Shown here: positions 10,184 to 18,581 of the stretch, piece by piece
How the letters are laid out: every line of letters starts with the position of its first letter
Numbering within the stretch: the stretch's first letter is position 1
Source: an uncultured Solirubrobacterales bacterium
GTDB lineage: Bacteria > Actinomycetota > Thermoleophilia > Solirubrobacterales > 70-9
Assembly (NCBI GenBank): GCA_963797265.1
Contig: CAWCOY010000005.1
Coordinates: 111,544-175,543, forward strand
Direction of reading: 5' to 3'
Length of the DNA stretch: 64,000 bases
Notes under the pieces: generated by a model
The model's input: the letters and a program-made list of their open reading frames with translations, nothing else
Told to the model about the DNA's origin: nothing
Databases searched by the model: none
Position numbers and translations under genes: made by a program

Positions 10184-10575
10184 TGCTCGCCGAGGACCCG
10201 ATCGACGTGATGCTGCTCGCGACCGATCTCGGGATCGCCAAGGATTTCTATGGAGCCAGGCTCGGGCTCGAGGTCCTGATCGAGAGTGACGACTTCCTCA
10301 CCTTCAAGTGCGGCGGTGACAGCCGACTCGTGATCACCAAGAGCAGCGCGGGCAACAGCGAGGATCAGACCAAGGCCTCCTGGCGGGTGAGGGACTTGCC
10401 TGCGGCCGTCGCAGACCTGCGGTCGCGCGGGGTGCAGGTAATCGACTACGACGAGCCCTCGCTGAAAACCGTCGATGGAGTCGCCGACGTGGGCTTTGCC
10501 CTCACCGCCTGGTTTACGGATCCGAGCGGCAACACGATCGGGCTCATGGAGTTCAAGGACCCGGGGAACGGTTGA
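10183..10575 (+). CDS. VOC (glyoxalase/bleomycin resistance/dioxygenase) family protein
   Basis: 130-aa internal start of ORF 9526..10575. The ATG overlaps the upstream stop (TGATG). Motif DLGIAKDFYGARLGLEV...WFTDPSGNTIGL. Confidence 0.8.
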   Translation: MLAEDPIDVMLLATDLGIAKDFYGARLGLEVLIESDDFLTFKCGGDSRLVITKSSAGNSEDQTKASWRVRDLPAAVADLRSRGVQVIDYDEPSLKTVDGVADVGFALTAWFTDPSGNTIGLMEFKDPGNG

Positions 10576-11162
10576 GCCCCGACGAGCCGACGCCGATGCC
10601 GCCGGCCGGGGCGGCGGGCCCGGTCACCACGTCGGTCACGCGGCGCGTCAAGCCCGGCCATGAGGAGGCTTACGAGGCCTTTCTCGAGGGCATCATCGCC
10701 GCCGCGAGCCGCTTTCCTGGATACCTCGGCGTGGAGGTCTTTCGCCCGGACGGACCCGATGACGAATATCGGATCGTCTACAGGTTCGACGGAGCCGTCC
10801 ATCTGCGCGACTGGCTCGATTCCGATGAGCACCGAGCCTGGCTCGAACGCGCCGAGCCGCACGTGATCGGGCCGATTCGCACCCAGTTCCTGACCGGCCT
10901 GGAGAGCTGGTTCACCCTGCCGGGCGAGCCCGGCGCCCCGCCGCCTCCGCCCCATAAGATGGCGCTGCTCACCTGGATCACGATCTTCCCCCTGATCACC
11001 GGCGTCGTCATCGTGCTCGGACCGCTGATCGCGGGCATCCCGCTCGTGCCGCGCCTAGGGATCACGACGGCCGTCACCGTCCCGCTGATGACCTGGATCG
11101 TGATGCCGCGGTTGACCCGGGCCCTGCGGGGATGGCTCTACCCCAAGTCGTCGTCGGCCTAG
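10572..11162 (+). CDS. antibiotic-biosynthesis-monooxygenase (ABM) domain protein with C-terminal membrane helices
   Basis: ABM-like N-terminal half (VKPGHEEAYEAFL...FDGAVHLRDW), a proline linker, and two or three TM helices. The TTG start overlaps the upstream stop. Confidence 0.7.
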   Translation: MSPDEPTPMPPAGAAGPVTTSVTRRVKPGHEEAYEAFLEGIIAAASRFPGYLGVEVFRPDGPDDEYRIVYRFDGAVHLRDWLDSDEHRAWLERAEPHVIGPIRTQFLTGLESWFTLPGEPGAPPPPPHKMALLTWITIFPLITGVVIVLGPLIAGIPLVPRLGITTAVTVPLMTWIVMPRLTRALRGWLYPKSSSA

Positions 11163-11188
11163 ACCAACCAGAGACAAGGAGAGTGCAG

Positions 11189-11605
11189 ATGAGCGGCAAG
11201 GCAAGTCAGCGGATACATGCCGAGGCGAAGATCGCCGTCCAGACGTACGACCCGCAGCCCTACGACGAATCCGCCGACGCGGCCGCGCTGGTGCGCATCC
11301 ACGTCGTGGAGCAGTTCTCCGGCGACATCGAGGGAGGGGGAGTCGCGAACTTCCTTCAGGTGGGCTTGGCCGAGGATTCCGCCAGCTTTGTCGGGCTCGA
11401 GCGCGTGACCGGGCGCGTCGGCGAGCGGAGCGGAACGTTCGTCCTGCACGACGAGGGCATGCTCGAGGGAACGACCGTCTCCGGACGGTGGTTCGTCGTC
11501 CCGGGGTCGGGAACGGCGGAGCTCGAGGGGCTGCGCGGCGAGGGCGGATTCACGGCGCAGCTCGGCGAGGGCGCCGACGTCACCCTCGACTATTGGTTCG
11601 AGTGA
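11189..11605 (+). CDS. DUF3224 domain-containing protein
   Basis: ATG preceded by AAGGAGAG. Sequence pattern ...FSGDIEG...V.G.VGERSGTFVL.H.G...G.W.VVPGSGTG.L.GL.G.G matches DUF3224 as I recall it. Confidence 0.7.
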   Translation: MSGKASQRIHAEAKIAVQTYDPQPYDESADAAALVRIHVVEQFSGDIEGGGVANFLQVGLAEDSASFVGLERVTGRVGERSGTFVLHDEGMLEGTTVSGRWFVVPGSGTAELEGLRGEGGFTAQLGEGADVTLDYWFE

Positions 11606-11620
11606 GTCAGGACGCCGCGG

Positions 11621-11890
11621 CTACGCAGCGAAACGCGCTTCGAACTTCGCCCGCCGCTTGGCCGCCTCTTCCTCCCGGTTCTTCGGGTGAGCGTTCGTGA
11701 CCAGCGAGTCGAGGAGCTTCCGCGTCGCGGCCGCCACCTCCTCGACGGCGAGGTCGAACGCCTCGGCGTTCGCCTTCGACGGCTTGTTCGATCCGCTGAT
11801 CTTGCGGACGAACTGAAGTGCCGCGTCGTTGATCTCCTCCTCGCTGGCGGGGGGCTCGAAGTTATGGAGTTGTCTGATGTTTCTGCACAT
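11621..11890 (-). CDS. DUF2277 domain-containing protein
   Basis: The 89-aa sequence MCRNIRQLHNFEPPASEEEINDAALQFVRKISG matches the conserved DUF2277 N-terminus. Confidence 0.75.
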   Translation of the reverse strand: MCRNIRQLHNFEPPASEEEINDAALQFVRKISGSNKPSKANAEAFDLAVEEVAAATRKLLDSLVTNAHPKNREEEAAKRRAKFEARFAA

Positions 11891-11927
11891 GCGCCCAGCC
11901 TAGAGGACCGGTGCGCACGTCTCACGG

Positions 11928-12143
11928 CTATCCAAGTGCCGGGCCTATCCCCAGACCAGCGGGTTGCTCGTCGCCGAGCAGCAGACGATGCACCTTGGCG
12001 CGCTTGATCCCGATGACCGCGAGGTATTGGCTCGGAACCTGTGGGCCTGGGAGCGCCCAGGAGCCATCGCCATGGGTCCAGGTCGAGGCGACGAGGTCGC
12101 CGCCCGGAAGCGCAGGTTCTGAGTTCGCCCGATAGACGGTCAC
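11928..12143 (-). CDS. hypothetical small protein (doubtful)
   Basis: 71-aa ORF with a GTG start, no clear SD and no recognisable motifs. Confidence 0.2.
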   Translation of the reverse strand: MTVYRANSEPALPGGDLVASTWTHGDGSWALPGPQVPSQYLAVIGIKRAKVHRLLLGDEQPAGLGIGPALG

Positions 12144-12171
12144 CTGCCGCTGGACCTCACAGAGGAGGACG

Positions 12172-12209
12172 TGGCGCTTTGCCCACCCACGGGGGTGGGT
12201 AAAGCGCCA
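12172..12209. terminator. 17-bp stem hairpin just downstream of the acyl-CoA dehydrogenase gene; its arms resemble repeat family 1
   Basis: TGGCGCTTTGCCCACCC-ACGG-GGGTGGGTAAAGCGCCA with one G:T pair. No U-tract on either strand. Confidence 0.4.
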
Positions 12210-12217
12210 ACCGCGGC

Positions 12218-13892
12218 TCAGACGGTCGCGCGGTGGCGATCGATGATGCGCTTGAAATCGGTGCCGCCGGGCAGCGTGCCGAAGGCGTGGCCCCAGTCAG
12301 CGTCCAGCCGCGAGGCGATGAACGCCTCGGCGACGGCCTCGTCGCCGAAGCGGACCAGCAGCGAGCCCTGCAGGGCGAGCGCCATCCGCTCGACCAGGGA
12401 GCGAGCCCTCGACTCCAGCGTGCCCGGATCGGTCTGCAGGTCCTCGCGCAGCCTGGCGGCGAACCGGTCGAGCCGCGGCTCGAGCACGGCGCCCTCGCCG
12501 ACCTCGTTCGCGAACGCCTCGACCGAGTCCGGGTTCTTGACCATCGCGCGCAGCACGTCCAGGCACTGCACGTTCCCGGAGCCCTCCCAGATGGAGGCGA
12601 GCGGCGCCTCGCGGTAGAGGCGGGGCATCCCGGACTCCTCGACATACCCGTTGCCACCGAGTGACTCGAGGCACTCGACCGCGTGGCTCGGGCCGCGCTT
12701 CGAGATCCAGTACTTGAGCACGGCATTGGCGATGCGCTTGAAGGCCTGCGCCTCGTCGTCTCCGGCGATCGCCTCGTCGTAGGCGCGGGCGAGGCGGAGG
12801 GAGGAGACCGTGGCCGCCTCGGACTCGACCGCGAGGTCGGCGAGCACGTTCTGCATCAGCGGGTGGTCGATGAGGAGCTTGCCGAACGTCGAACGGTGGT
12901 CGGCGTGGTTGATCGCCATCGCGACGCCGTGGCGCATGCCCGTGGCGCTGCCGGTGGCGCAGTCGAGGCGGGTGTGGTTGACCATCTCGATGATCGTCCG
13001 CACGCCCGCGCCCTCCTCGCCGACGAGTCGCGACCAGGCCCCGTCGAACTCGATCTCGGAGGATGCATTGGAGCGGTTGCCGAGCTTGTCCTTGAGCCGC
13101 TGCAGCCGGAAGCGGTTGAGCTCGCCGTCGGGGAGGCGACGCGGCATCAGGAAGCAGGAGACGCCACCCTCGGCCTGGGCGAGGACGAGGAACGCGTCGC
13201 ACTGCGGCGCGGAGAAGAACCACTTGTGGCCCGTGAGCTCGTACTCGGCGCCAGCGCCGCCGCCGTTGATCGCCCGGCCCGACCGTGGTGTTGGCGCGCA
13301 CGTCCGAGCCGCCCTGCTTCTCGGTCATCCCCATGCCGAACAGGGAGCCCTCCTTCTCGCTCGCCGCGATCTGGCGCGGGTCGTAGACGTTGGAGAGGAT
13401 GCGCGGCTCCCACTCCTCGGCCAGCTCGGGCTGCTTGCGCAGCGCCGGCACCACCGAGTAGGTCATCGAGATCGGGCAGCCGACCCCCGCCTCGGCCTGA
13501 GAGAAGCACATGAACGCCGCCGCGCGAGCGACGTGGGCGCCGGGCTGGGGCTCGCGCCAGGGGAGGGAGTGGAGCTCGTGGGAGATGCCGAGCCGCATCA
13601 GCTCGTGCCAGGCGGGATGGAACTCGGGCTCGTCGATCCGGTTGCCGTAGCGGTCGTGGGTGCGGAGCTTGGGCGGGTTCTCGTTGGCGAGGCGGCCGAG
13701 CTCGATCACATCGCCGCGGCCCGCGATCTCGCCGACCTCGGAGATCTTCTCGACCGCCCACTCGGCGCCCTCCCGGCGGACGGCCTCACCCATCACCCGG
13801 TCGGCGGTGAAGACGTTGTAGTCGACCAGGGGCGGTGGCTGGTTCTCGACGGTGTGGGTCTTGACTCCGGTCGGCCTCTCAATGGTTGACAC
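12218..13892 (-). pseudogene. AidB-like acyl-CoA dehydrogenase, split by a single frameshift (or assembly error)
   Basis: The N-terminal half lies in the frame of ORF 12297..13892 up to ...GGSDVRANTT. The C-terminal half (AINGGGAGAEYELTGHKWFFSAPQCDAF...LPDGELNRFRLQRLKDKLGNRSNASSEIEF...) lies in the frame of ORF 12218..13147. The switch falls around 13270-13290. Confidence 0.8.
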
Positions 13893-14532
13893 GGGTGGTC
13901 TCCTCTCCGATTGCGCGAGTGCAGAAGTTGATCAGCGACGCGATCAGGGCGTCAGGGTCGCCGCCGTTCGTGGTGGGAGATAGCGGGCCGAGCATCGTCT
14001 CCCCGATCGCCCCGATCAGCGCCGCGGCGGTGGCGTCGACGTCCTGGGGCGGGAGCTGCCCCGCCTCGATCCCCTCGGCGATCACTTCGGCCATCAGGTC
14101 CCGGTAGCTGTGCCGGAAGTGAAGGCGCTCGGCCTCGACGGCGGGGTCGACTGGCTCGGCGAGCAGCGCCCAGGCGAGGCGGCGGCCCCGCAGGGCACGG
14201 CGGGCGAAGGCCTCGATCCCAACAGCGATCCGCTCGGCGGCGGACATATGACGGGTCGCGCTGTCGCGCGCCCTCGCATCAACCTCCATCGCCTCGCGCA
14301 TCGCATCGACCTCGTGCTGCGAGGCCTCCCGGAAGACCTCAGCGAAGAGATCGGACTTGGAGGGGAAGTGGCGGTAGACGGTTCCGACGGCCACTTCCGC
14401 CCGATCCGCGACCGCCGCGACCGGGGCGGCGACGTAGCCGCCCTCGGCGATCAGCTCGCGGGCCGCGGTCGTGATCCGGCGGCGGGTCTCCGCCCGGCGC
14501 GCCTGGGTTCGTTCGGTGCTCCTGTAGGCCAT
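13879..14532 (-). CDS. TetR/AcrR family transcriptional regulator
   Basis: Internal ATG of ORF 13879..15594. HTH AAVADRAEVAVGTVYRHFPSKSDLF. Its 3' end overlaps the acyl-CoA dehydrogenase GTG by 14 nt. Confidence 0.9.
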   Translation of the reverse strand: MAYRSTERTQARRAETRRRITTAARELIAEGGYVAAPVAAVADRAEVAVGTVYRHFPSKSDLFAEVFREASQHEVDAMREAMEVDARARDSATRHMSAAERIAVGIEAFARRALRGRRLAWALLAEPVDPAVEAERLHFRHSYRDLMAEVIAEGIEAGQLPPQDVDATAAALIGAIGETMLGPLSPTTNGGDPDALIASLINFCTRAIGEETTRVNH

Positions 14533-14541
14533 TGACTCCTG

Positions 14542-14567
14542 AAGAAGTGAACCACCGTTCACTTCTT
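14542..14567. promoter_or_regulatory. perfect palindrome AAGAAGTGAAC-CACC-GTTCACTTCTT (candidate TetR operator)
   Basis: 11-bp perfect arms located 10 nt upstream of the TetR ATG, in the 72-bp gap shared with the cNMP-binding gene. Confidence 0.6.
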
Positions 14568-14604
14568 GTGTCAACCGCCATCGACGGGTAGCATCGCCGC
14601 CGCG

Positions 14605-15015
14605 ATGGCCGATGTGGAGGAGACACTCTCGCGGGTCCCGCTGTTCTCCGGCGTGAAGCCCAAGGATCTGAAGAAGCTCGAGAAGCGAATGGCCGAGCGC
14701 AGCTTCAACGAGGGCGACGAGATCACCACGGAGGGGGAGAGCGGGATCGGCTTCTTCGTGATCGAGGACGGCGAGGCCAGCGTCAGCGTCGGGGGCAAGA
14801 TCGTCCGGACACTCGGCCCGGGTGAGCACTTCGGTGAGGTCGCGCTGATCGACAGCGGGCCGCGCTCGGCGACCATCGTCGCCAGCACCGACCTGCGCTG
14901 CCGCGGGATGTCGGCCTGGGAGTTCAAGCCGTTCGTCGAGGAGAACCCGGAGGTGGCCTGGTCCCTTCTTGAGACCCTCGTCGGGAGGCTCCGAGAGGCC
15001 GAGGAGCCCAGGTAG
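14605..15015 (+). CDS. stand-alone cyclic-nucleotide-binding (CAP_ED) domain protein
   Basis: 136 aa. VPLFSGV...FGEVALIDSGPRSATIVA is the canonical cNMP-binding cassette. No output domain. Confidence 0.85.
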   Translation: MADVEETLSRVPLFSGVKPKDLKKLEKRMAERSFNEGDEITTEGESGIGFFVIEDGEASVSVGGKIVRTLGPGEHFGEVALIDSGPRSATIVASTDLRCRGMSAWEFKPFVEENPEVAWSLLETLVGRLREAEEPR

Positions 15016-15022
15016 TCCCGGC

Positions 15023-18000
15023 CTAGTCGGTGGGCAGCATCGCGCCGAGGCGCTCGAAGGTCTGCTTTGCCTGCTCCCGGTCGCTGCCGCCGAGCAGCCA
15101 CCCCGTGCGGGCCGCCTGGAATGGGCATTCCATCTCTTCGAACAGGGCCTTCGACTCCCGGAGCAGAGCCTCGTCCGAGCTCTCCAGGCCCTTGGCGCGG
15201 AGCAGAATCCCACGGGCGTAGCGATCCTGGCCGACGCGCGGCTCGGCCCAGGCGATGGCGTCCGCAGAGTCTTCCCGGCCGGCGCGGACGAAGGCCTCAG
15301 CGCGGCTACAGGAATAGTGCCCGGTCCAGTGGCTGCCGACGACTGGGTCAGCGGCGATCGCGACCGCGTCGGCGACCTCTCCCCGGTACAGCTCCAGCTC
15401 GATCCCGAACATCTGCACCCCGCTTCGTTGCTCCGGATCCTTACCGCTGAGGTTGTGGGCGTGCGCCATCCAGTCGTCGGCTGAGGCGGCGGCGCCGCGA
15501 TAGCCGTAGATGGCCGCCGTGCACGCGGCTGGAGTGGCGAAGGCGCCCATCGGCGGGCGCCCGGCCTCGTTCCACGCCCTCCGGGCGCTCTCACCGAGCT
15601 CGATGGCGCGGTCCCAGTTGCCGAGGAAGAAGTTGGGCATCAGCTCGCGCTGGTACTCGGCCATCTCGACGCCGCGGCTGCGGTCGACCTCGGCCCCTCG
15701 CTTCGCATAGGTCAGCGCCTCCCGGAACTCGCCGACCTGCAAAAGGCAGAGCACCATCATGTGGAGGGCGTCCGAGATCTCGACGTCGAGGGCGTGCGAG
15801 CGCGGCGCCGCTTCGAGTAGATCGAGCCGCTCGCGGGTGTGCTCCACGGCATCGAGCTGCCGACCCTGGAGCCAGTCGCTCGCGGTGAGGGCGTCGAGCG
15901 CGTTCTGGAGCAGCTGGCGGTCGTCGGTCCGGCGGGCCAGCTCCAGGCCCTCGCGCGCGGGCCCGGCCATCGCCTCGGGGTCCTGGCCCATCCAGGCGAG
16001 CCAGGCGTCGTCGAGCCGGAGGCGGGCGCAGGTCGGGATGTCGTCGTCATCCGCTAGCTCGTGTGCGCGCTTCAGCATCGGCGCGAGCTCGCCGATCGAT
16101 GGGTCGCCGGCAATCCCGTGCATTCGGCTGCCGATCTCGACGCTGCGGGCGTACGCCGCCGCCGCGCGGTTGTCGTCGCCGTCCTGCTCGGCCGTCTCCC
16201 CGGCTTCGCGGAAGAGGCGCATGCCGTGGTCGCCGCGCCAGCCGCGCAGGGAGACCTCCGCGGCTGCCACCAGTGCGTCGTAGCGTTCGACGCCCTCCGC
16301 GGCGAGCCGGGCCGCATCCTCGTAGAGCTGCCTGCCGCGGGCCGCAGCTGCACGGAGAACGGCGGCATTGGCGGCCTCGAGAAGGGCCTCGCGAGCGGCC
16401 CGGCGGCGCTCGTCCGAGGGGTCCAGCTCCTGAGCGTGGTCGAGGTGGTAGGCGATCAGCTCCGGCCGCTCCGCGAACGCTTCCCTGGCTCGGAGCGCCT
16501 CCACGGCGCGTTCGTGCAGCGCCGCGCGCTCCCTTCGGGTCAGGGAGTTGTACGCGACCTCGCGGATCAGCTGGTGGCGGAAGACGTAGTGGCCTGCCTC
16601 GGAACCCGTGCGCTCTTCGACCAGTGCCCGGCGGCGCAGGGACCAGAGCGGGTCGGTCGGATCGCTCCCGAGCAGGTCGCCGAGCGGGCCCTGGGAAAAG
16701 GTGTGGCCGAGCACCGCCGCGTACTGCAGGGTCCGCTTTTCCTCGGGTGGCAGCTGGTCGATGCGCGCGGCGACCGCGGCCTGCACGGTGTCGGGGAGCG
16801 TCCCGGTGCCGCCGTCCTCGCCGGCCTCTCCGATCCGGCGCGAGACCTCCTCGGTGAAGAACGGGTTGCCTCCAGCCGCATCGGCGATCCGCCGGGCGTC
16901 GGACCGATGATCCTCCGGCAGGAGGAGCTCGGCCAGCCGGGTGGCCGAGTCGTGATCGAGCGGCAGTAGCTCGAGCTGGGTGTTGTTGCGCGCGACGCGG
17001 CCGAAGTTGGGTCGGCGCTCAGCGAGCTCCGGGCGGCTCGTGCAGAGAACGACGATCGGCGCGTCGTGCAGCCCGTAGGCGACGTCCTCGAGCAGCTCGA
17101 GGGTTCCCTCGTCGGCCCAGTGCGCGTCGTCGACGCCGATCGCGAGGGGCCGCTCACTCGCGAGTAGCGAGACGAACCGGCGCCAGGCTCGGTTGAGTTC
17201 ATTCTCGGCGTCGCAGTCCGGCTTTCCGCGGATCGCGATGGTCAGGTCGGCCGCCAGCGACTGATCGTCGTCGGCGCCGAGCTCGGAGAGCAGCTCCCGC
17301 AGGGACTTCTCCACGGCATCCGGTGTCGCGTCGGGCGAGAGGCCGGCAGCGTCACGGAGGATCTCGCCGAGCGCCCAGAACGCGATCCCCTCGCCGTAGG
17401 GAGGACTCCGGCCGACGATCGTCCGCCAGGGATCGGGGTCGGACCGCAGCTCCCGGAAGAGCTCCGCGCCCAGGCGCGTCTTGCCGATGCCCGCGTCACC
17501 GATCACGGTGACCAGCTGAGGGAGGCGCTCGCGGGCGGCGCGGCGGGCGATCAGCCTGAGCATGTCGAGGTCGTCGTCCCTGCCGATCAGGGGGACGCCC
17601 GACTGCTCGGCCTCGGGCTCGACCCCGACTGCGCGGAAGGCGCCGAGGGAGCCGGGAATGCCCTTCGCCTCGACCGCGCCGTTGGCCTCGAGCCGCGCAC
17701 GCCGGCAGGCCTGAGCGGCGCGCTTGCCGACCAGGACCTCGCCGGGCTGGGCGGCCTGCTGGAGGCGGGCGGCGGCGTTCACCGCCTCGCCGGTGACGCG
17801 GAGGTCCCCGGCACCGGTCATGGAGAGGACCTCGCCCGTCTCGATTCCGACGCGCACGGCGAGCTCGCCGTCCAGCTCGGAGACCCGCTCGGCGACCGCC
17901 AGGCCGGCCGCGACCGCGCGGTCCGGATCGTCGCCGTGGGCGACCGGCGCCCCGAAGACGGCCATCACCGCGTCGCCGATGTACTTCTCGACGGTTCCGC

Positions 18001-18157
18001 CGTGCTGCTCGAGGGCATTCCTCGCCGCCTCGAAGAACGGCTCGAGGCGCCCGCGCAGGTCCTCGGGATCGAGTTGGGTCGCAAGCTTGGTGGAGCCGAC
18101 CAGATCGGCGAACAGCATCGTCGCGATCTTTCGCTCTCCTCCCAACGTGCTCACCAT
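15023..18157 (-). CDS. class III adenylate/guanylate cyclase domain - AAA/STAND ATPase - TPR-like repeat protein
   Basis: N-terminus has ATMLFADLVGST and KYIGDAVMAVFGAP (metal-binding Asp residues). Walker A is VIGDAGIGKTRLG. The long helical-repeat C-terminus has no HTH that I can see. Confidence 0.9.
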   Translation of the reverse strand: MVSTLGGERKIATMLFADLVGSTKLATQLDPEDLRGRLEPFFEAARNALEQHGGTVEKYIGDAVMAVFGAPVAHGDDPDRAVAAGLAVAERVSELDGELAVRVGIETGEVLSMTGAGDLRVTGEAVNAAARLQQAAQPGEVLVGKRAAQACRRARLEANGAVEAKGIPGSLGAFRAVGVEPEAEQSGVPLIGRDDDLDMLRLIARRAARERLPQLVTVIGDAGIGKTRLGAELFRELRSDPDPWRTIVGRSPPYGEGIAFWALGEILRDAAGLSPDATPDAVEKSLRELLSELGADDDQSLAADLTIAIRGKPDCDAENELNRAWRRFVSLLASERPLAIGVDDAHWADEGTLELLEDVAYGLHDAPIVVLCTSRPELAERRPNFGRVARNNTQLELLPLDHDSATRLAELLLPEDHRSDARRIADAAGGNPFFTEEVSRRIGEAGEDGGTGTLPDTVQAAVAARIDQLPPEEKRTLQYAAVLGHTFSQGPLGDLLGSDPTDPLWSLRRRALVEERTGSEAGHYVFRHQLIREVAYNSLTRRERAALHERAVEALRAREAFAERPELIAYHLDHAQELDPSDERRRAAREALLEAANAAVLRAAAARGRQLYEDAARLAAEGVERYDALVAAAEVSLRGWRGDHGMRLFREAGETAEQDGDDNRAAAAYARSVEIGSRMHGIAGDPSIGELAPMLKRAHELADDDDIPTCARLRLDDAWLAWMGQDPEAMAGPAREGLELARRTDDRQLLQNALDALTASDWLQGRQLDAVEHTRERLDLLEAAPRSHALDVEISDALHMMVLCLLQVGEFREALTYAKRGAEVDRSRGVEMAEYQRELMPNFFLGNWDRAIELGESARRAWNEAGRPPMGAFATPAACTAAIYGYRGAAASADDWMAHAHNLSGKDPEQRSGVQMFGIELELYRGEVADAVAIAADPVVGSHWTGHYSCSRAEAFVRAGREDSADAIAWAEPRVGQDRYARGILLRAKGLESSDEALLRESKALFEEMECPFQAARTGWLLGGSDREQAKQTFERLGAMLPTD

Positions 18158-18229
18158 TCCAAGATAAACGGCGGCGGGCGCCGAGAGGATTTATCTATGC
18201 GAGAGGCGCGCCGAGAGGCACGACCCGTT

Positions 18230-18532
18230 TTATGAAGCTGCTGCCTGCGGCTCCGGATCAGGCCTGACGATCACCGTGTCGGCGATCTCGAGGACCTCGT
18301 CGGCGGGCATGTCGACCCGCTTGGCATGCTCCTTGACCGCGTCGATGTCGGTGGCCTGGTAGATGCAGATCGTTCCCAGGGTGCCGCCCTGCTCCTTGAT
18401 CACGTAGCTGCGGATCCAGGCGATGTCATCGGGAAAGTCGCTCGCGGCGACGTCCTTGGAGCGCTGGGCGGTCTGCTCGAGATCGGCTGGCGACTCCCAG
18501 GCCCGCTCTCGGCGGATTGCATACGTGTTCAT
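18230..18532 (-). CDS. DUF4242 domain-containing protein
   Basis: 100 aa starting at an internal ATG preceded by GGGGAGAAGAG. Small alpha/beta protein pattern MNTYAIRR...ICIYQA....V.EHA. Confidence 0.65.
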   Translation of the reverse strand: MNTYAIRRERAWESPADLEQTAQRSKDVAASDFPDDIAWIRSYVIKEQGGTLGTICIYQATDIDAVKEHAKRVDMPADEVLEIADTVIVRPDPEPQAAAS

Positions 18533-18581
18533 CTCTTCTCCCCTTCGCTTGTTTGCTTGCGGAGATAGCATCGCCCGCCCG

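Noticed and set aside
14533-15594. Upstream 350 codons of ORF 13879..15594, which would extend the TetR protein to 571 aa
   Set aside because: The extension is Arg/Pro-rich nonsense overlapping the cNMP-binding gene and the cyclase 3' end. The internal ATG at 14532 gives a normal 217-aa TetR with its HTH near the N-terminus.
14605-18157. Calling the cyclase plus cNMP-binding pair a Pycsar- or Avs-type defence system
   Set aside because: The genes are convergent rather than co-transcribed, and the cNMP-binding protein has no killing-effector domain. The cyclase-ATPase-repeat architecture is a widespread actinobacterial signalling family. I kept it only as a moderate-interest observation.
18162-18220. 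AT-rich inverted repeat AGATAAA-N22-TTTATCT and a direct repeat of GCGCCGAGAGG upstream of the cyclase gene
   Set aside because: These are short motifs in a single 72-bp gap with no independent support. They may be promoter elements, but I cannot justify a call.
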